From the human T2T-CHM13v2.0 reference genome, Homo sapiens, in NCBI RefSeq assembly GCF_009914755.1, contig NC_060936.1: 64,000 bases of DNA; one strand, 5' to 3'. Below the pieces are notes generated by a model. That model searched no databases, was not told where the DNA came from, and worked only from the letters and a program-made list of their open reading frames with translations. A program made the position numbers and the translations under genes. Shown here piece after piece: positions 59,115 through 64,000 of this stretch (position 1 is the first letter of the stretch; every line of letters begins with the position of its first letter).

Positions 59115-59909
59115 AACATCATCAAGAAGGTGATCGGGCAGAAGTTTGTGTACAAGTTTGTCTCTTTCCCGGAGATCCTGAAGATGGATCCTCACGCGGT
59201 GGAGATCAGCCGGGAGAGCCTTCTGCTGCAGGACAGCGACTGCAAGGCGTCTCCGGAGGGCCGCGAGGCCCACAAACACGGCCTGGCCGCCCTCAGAAGC
59301 ACGAGCCGCAACGAATACATCCACTCAGGCCTGTACTCGTCCTTCACCATTAATTCCCTGCAGAACCCACCAGACGCCTTCAAGGCCATCAAGACGGAGA
59401 AGCTGGAGGAGCCGCCCGAAGACAGCCCCCCCGTGGAAGAAGTCAGGACTGTGATCAGGTTTGTGACCAATAAAACCGACAAGCACGTCACCAGGCCGGT
59501 GGTGTCCCTGCCTTCCACGTCAGAGGCTGCGGCGGCGTCCGCCTTCCTGGCCTCGTCCGTCTCGGCCAAGATCTCCTCTTTAATGTTGCCAAACGCTGCC
59601 AGTATTTCATCCGCCTCACCCTTCTCATCTCGGTCCCCGTCCCTGTCCCCCAACTCACCCCTCCCTTCTGAACACAGAAGCCTCTTCCTGGAGGCCGCCT
59701 GCCATGACTCCGATTCCCTGGAGCCCTTGAACCTGTCATCGGGCTCCAAGACCAAGTCTCCATCTCTTCCCCCAAAGGCCAAAAAACCCAAAGGCTTGGA
59801 AATCTCAGCGCCCCCGCTGGTGCTCTCCGGCACCGACATCGGCTCCATCGCCCTCAACAGCCCAGCCCTCCCCTCGGGATCCCTCACCCCAGCCTTCTTC
59901 ACCGCACAG
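59115..59909 (+). CDS. ELK3: ELK3 coding exon 3, aa 70-334
   Basis: Acceptor TTTGCAG|AAC, donor CAG|GTAAGA, 795 nt in frame with exon 2. [15 protein letters not shown] completes the ETS domain. Also present: [18 protein letters not shown] (SRF-binding B-box), IKTE (SUMO consensus in NID), PLNLS (CtBP motif), [10 protein letters not shown] (MAPK D-domain) and the start of the S/T-P-rich C region. The gene continues beyond the window. Confidence 0.98.
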
Positions 59910-61016
59910 GTAAGAGTCATTCCTGTCATCTAAGCCACAGCCAGCTTCAGTGGCTTAGCAAAAAAGGAAGAGCAACTAAAGAGACTTCCTTCTGTCCCTC
60001 AAAACGTTGTCCTATGACTCGTACCGAGGTCACTGTGTAAATGTGAAGGGAAGCTGCTTTTCCATCCTCAGACCAAGGGGTGCACATGAGACAGGGTTTG
60101 GTTTGTCGACTCTAGTGGGATGCTTGATTGGTTTCTTGCTTTTAGCGGCCTAAAGTGACCATAGGTGGAACACGCACACTGGCCGACAAAGCAGATCTCA
60201 CCAGCGATTTCCAAGGGAAAGTTGAGCGGGCCAGTTTACATTTCAGGAGGCGCTTGGGCTTTATGAAATTTTTATGGCAGAATCTTCTCTGGGGGCGCTT
60301 AATAAGGAGCCACTTGTGTTCTGTTAACAAGAAAATAGATGTCAACTGATGCCGCCATCGCATGTCAGTGTGGAGCTGTGGTCATAGCGTAGGTAATAAG
60401 AAACAAAGGGGCCACCCCAAACAGCTGCTTCGCTGAAAGCAGCACTACTCTGAGAAAGCCCCAGTCCACAGCACTGGCGAGAGGACAGCAAACTTGCAGA
60501 GCCAAAAAAGCCTTCGTTGTTATTAGTCCCAAAGAGAAAGCAGCCTTTTCCTTTAAATCAGATATTCAGATGCTCTTTCTTGTCCAGCTGACAATTGCAG
60601 TGCAAAGGCGTAGTAGGTGCTGGGAAACCATATTTCTCCTTCCCCTTGAAAATTGGATGCAATTTTAGTGGCAGAGGTTAAAAGAGTATTCGTTTTAGGT
60701 TCACAGACCTGCATTCAGTTCCTGGCTACCCTGCTTCCTAGGAGTGGGACTGTGGGCGGTTGCTCTCTGGGCCAGGTTCCATGTGTGGAAAATGGGACCA
60801 TGGACAGGCTTTGTGAGCTGGGGACACCTGGTAGCATTGTTAACCGTGGAGCTGCACCCGTCCCCTGCCTCTGTAATCTCATCGTAGTTGTCCCTGTTGT
60901 CATTAGCAGCAGCCGCGGCAGCATATGACGGGCTCCCCACGTGTGCCAGGCACTGCTCCAGATGCTTTACATGCATTGCCTGTATCCACACTTACAGCAG
61001 CCCTGTCACGTGGATA

Positions 61017-61253
61017 CAGGTTGAGCATCCTGTTTCCAAAATGCTTGTGACCAGAAGCATTTCAGAGTTCAGATGTTTTCAGATTTTGGAATATTTGCAT
61101 GATACTTGCCAGTTGAATATCCCACATCTGAAAATCTGAAATCCAAAATGTTGCAATGAGCATTTCCTTGGAGTGTCATGTCAGGACTCAGAAAGTTTCA
61201 GATTCTGGAGGATTTGGGATTTGGGAATTTTTGGATTTGGGATGCTGAGCCTG
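61017..61253. mobile_element. Tigger4a/MER46A MITE inserted in an antisense MIR (~60940-61390)
   Basis: TIRs CAGGTTGAGCATCC.../...GGATGCTGAGCCTG, 5' TA; the MIR halves resume on both sides. Confidence 0.82.
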
Positions 61254-61890
61254 TGCTATTATTATCATCCTGTTTCCCAGCTGAGATAAATGAGGCACAG
61301 AGGTAAAGTAGTTCGTCCAGGGTCCCACAGCCAATAGGTGGTAGAGGTGGCTTTGGATCCAGTGTCTGCCTCCAGAATCCATGCTCTCAAATGAAATGCA
61401 TTCCCGCTGCGAGAAGGCAGTGTCCCTGATCACGATGGCCGTCCATGGAGCACCTGAAAGCAGCTCTGGGCCACTGTCCTCTCCACGCTTTCTCTGGACT
61501 GGATTCTGCCCAGGATTTCATGACAGCTCAAGCCTGTGAGCTGGTGGTGACGCGCGCCACTGCGGAGGGGGAGGGCCAGGGGATCAGGATATAGGTCAGA
61601 GTGAGCACGTGTGCTCTTAAATCAGGCATCTTCCAGTTAAGCAAGGCTGTCCAGTGACCAAGGGCTGCTGAGCAAATGGCTCAGAAACAGCAGCTCCTGA
61701 TGTAGCTCAGGGGAGTATCTTGAGAGGCAGGGCCAGGGTAGATGATCTGAGCATCTCCTCCCCTGGCCTCCTGTGTGTTTACAACTGTCAGGGTGAGAAA
61801 GGTCCGAAGCCAGGCCAGGGCTGACTCTGATTTAGGTGTCTGTGTTCCCTGGGAGCCTGGATCACCTTCTCAGAACAGAGTGAGGCAGAT

Positions 61891-61961
61891 GCCAGCCCTG
61901 TCTCAGAGGAAGTCAGCTCAGCCAGCCCTGTCTCAGAGGAAGTCAGCTCAGCCAGCCCTGT
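61891..61961. repeat. 30-bp tandem repeat, 2.3 copies
   Basis: GCCAGCCCTGTCTCAGAGGAAGTCAGCTCA twice, exact, plus a partial copy. Confidence 0.95.
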
Positions 61962-63177
61962 GGATAATGTGGATGGAGTGGTGGCTCCCATCGGTGGGGC
62001 TGAGGGCGTGAGAGAAGGATCAAGGGTGGATGCCCAACAAATGGATGCAGAGGGCACGACCAGGAGCCAGAAGCCACCAGCATGGCCTGAAACTAGGTGG
62101 GAAGGCGTAGGAAAGCCAGGATCTTTACAAGAGGACCTGTGCCTTAGGCAGTGAGGGTGCCTGGTCCTCAGCCAAGCTGTGAGGGTGGGGCTGTGATGAT
62201 TTAGTGCCAGGAAGCCCAGAAATGGTCCTGAGGGGAGGGAGGCAACAGGCAGCATCTGGACCCAGGGCAGGAGAGTGGAAGTCAAGGGACCTGGCTCAGA
62301 GAGGGCCTTCGGGTCAAAGGAGGAGGAGGGGCACCAGGCAGTCCTCTAAACCACGCAAAACTAAGGGGGTCACCAGCTACACTGGGAGATGGTAGAGCCT
62401 CGGGACTCAGACCCCACTTTGAACTTCCCTCACATTCCCAGAGTGTGGGCTCTGCTCCTGGCATGGCCATGGGTGGCCAACAGGGAGGGAGAGAAGGGGC
62501 AATGAGGGAGACACCAGAGGGGCCCGGGTGGTAGTCAGGGGTGTGGTACTTATTCAGAGTTGAGTTCTTGCAGCCGGTTTCACCCAGGCGGATTCCCTGA
62601 GATCAGATAGGATATCTTGAAGCCAGGGGTGGTTTAGGATTAGGGTATGTCAGTGTCAGATTTGGACTCTCAGATTCCCTCCCCTGGGAGCTGCTTCAGG
62701 GGGTGCCCCAGAAACTCACCCACCAGCACCAGCTCAGTAGTTTGTCTTCCAGGTGACAGCCAGAAACAGCGTGGCTCTCAACAGCCAGGCATTCTGTGGA
62801 ATTCCTTTCGGCCTCAGGAGTGAAGGACAACTGTGGGGTTCAGGGTGTTCCACAGGCAGCAGTGAGGCTTCAGTGGTTTTCCTCTTACCTGAGCACTTTG
62901 TCACAGAAACTCTCCTTTTCTCTGTGTGTGGGGGGTGTGCTGTGTGCAGTGTGATGCTGTGTGCACATAAACATTTGATAATCTGTGGGCTGTCAGCTTT
63001 GCTTAGTGGTGGGCTTTGGAAGAGGTGAAAGCTGTGTGTGCTGTAATAACCCGATACCCTGAAGGTACAAATTCCGAAGGTTGGTTATTTCCAGCTAGAA
63101 TCATGGCAGGAAGAAGGGGAGAAGTAAGGGAGCCTTGGCATGGCCTGTGTCACGTGGTTACCTTATCACACCTCATA

Positions 63178-64000
63178 CAGGCATCCCTCATTTTACTGTA
63201 CTTTGCTTTATTGCGTTTCACAATTAATTGGTGGTTTTTACAAATCGAAGGTTTGTGGCAACCTGGCGCTGAGCAAGTCTTGTCAGCGCCAGTCTGTTCT
63301 TCCAACAGCACACACTCACTCCGTGTTTCAATGTCACATTTTGGTAATTCTCAAACATTTCCAACTTTTTCCTTACTATTATGTCTGTTATAGTGCTCTG
63401 AGATCAGCGAGCTTTGATACTACTATTGTCATTGTTTTGGGGCACCATGAACCACACCTGTATAAGACAGCAAACTTGATCAGTGTTGTGTGTGTCCCAA
63501 CTGCTCTCCTGTGTCAAACTTGATCAGTGTTGTGTGTGTCCCAACTGCTCTCCTGTGTCTCCCTCTCCTTGGGTCTCCCTATTCCCTGAAACACAACAAT
63601 TTTGAAATTAGGCCAATTGATAACCCTATAGTGGCCTATAAAGTGTTCAAGAGAAAGGAAGAGCTGCGCATCTCTCATTTTAAATCCAAAGCTAGAATGA
63701 TGACGGTGAAGGCATGTCCAAAACCGAGACAGGCCTAAAGCTAGGGGGCTCTTATACCAGTTAAGTATGTAAATGTAAAGGAAGAGTTCCTGAAGGAAAT
63801 GAAAGTGCTACGTCAGTGAAAACATGAATGATAAGAAAGTGGGACATCCTGATTGTTGATATGGAGAAAGTTTTAGTAGTCTGGATAGAAGATCAAACCA
63901 GCCACAACATTCCTTTCAGGCTAACCCAGAGCAAGGCCCTAACTCTTCAATTCTTTGAATGCTGAGAGAGGCGAAGAAGCTGCAGAAGAAAAGTGTGAAG
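63178..64000 (+). mobile_element. Tigger1 DNA transposon 5' part with decayed transposase, continuing past the window
   Basis: TA then CAGGCATCCCTCATTTT TIR. The transposase start region has ATG changed to GTG at 63631, frameshifts, and remnants such as [19 protein letters not shown]. Confidence 0.92.
63471..63558. repeat. Exact 44-bp tandem duplication inside Tigger1
   Basis: CAAACTTGATCAGTGTTGTGTGTGTCCCAACTGCTCTCCTGTGT twice. Confidence 0.95.

Noticed and set aside
59192-59929. 245-aa minus-strand ORF
   Set aside because: Antisense shadow of the GC3-rich ELK3 exon 3.
63631-64000. Functional or domesticated Tigger transposase
   Set aside because: Start codon mutated to GTG, with indels and no long ORF.

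Overview
Primate, almost certainly human, genomic DNA rich in Alu, MIR, L1, MaLR and Tigger repeats. It holds the 5' part of ELK3 (Net/SAP-2, an ETS ternary complex factor) on the + strand. The parts present are a CpG-island promoter with non-coding exon 1 (donor after 6836), a ~28.9 kb intron 1, coding exon 2 (35693-35901, ATG 35695, most of the ETS domain), a ~23.2 kb intron 2 and coding exon 3 (59115-59909: end of ETS, B-box, NID, CtBP PLNLS motif, MAPK D-domain). The 3' exons lie beyond the window. Most other ORFs in the track are Alu-derived, GC-island or shadow ORFs. No prokaryotic-type systems, CRISPR arrays, tRNA or rRNA genes were seen. The most interesting signals form a possible linked splicing and translation control cassette: two uORFs (one strong-Kozak and in frame with the CDS), tandem exon-1 donors, a recursive-splice-like AG|GT at the start of exon 2, and a strong out-of-frame internal ORF whose stop overlaps the AUG equivalent to the sElk-1 start. 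Other notable items are a 17-nt intronic copy of the exon-3 start, a 34-bp palindrome split by nested Alus, a templated-insertion-like scar, and ETS-site-carrying tandem repeats. Repeat boundaries and subfamilies were assigned by eye and are approximate.
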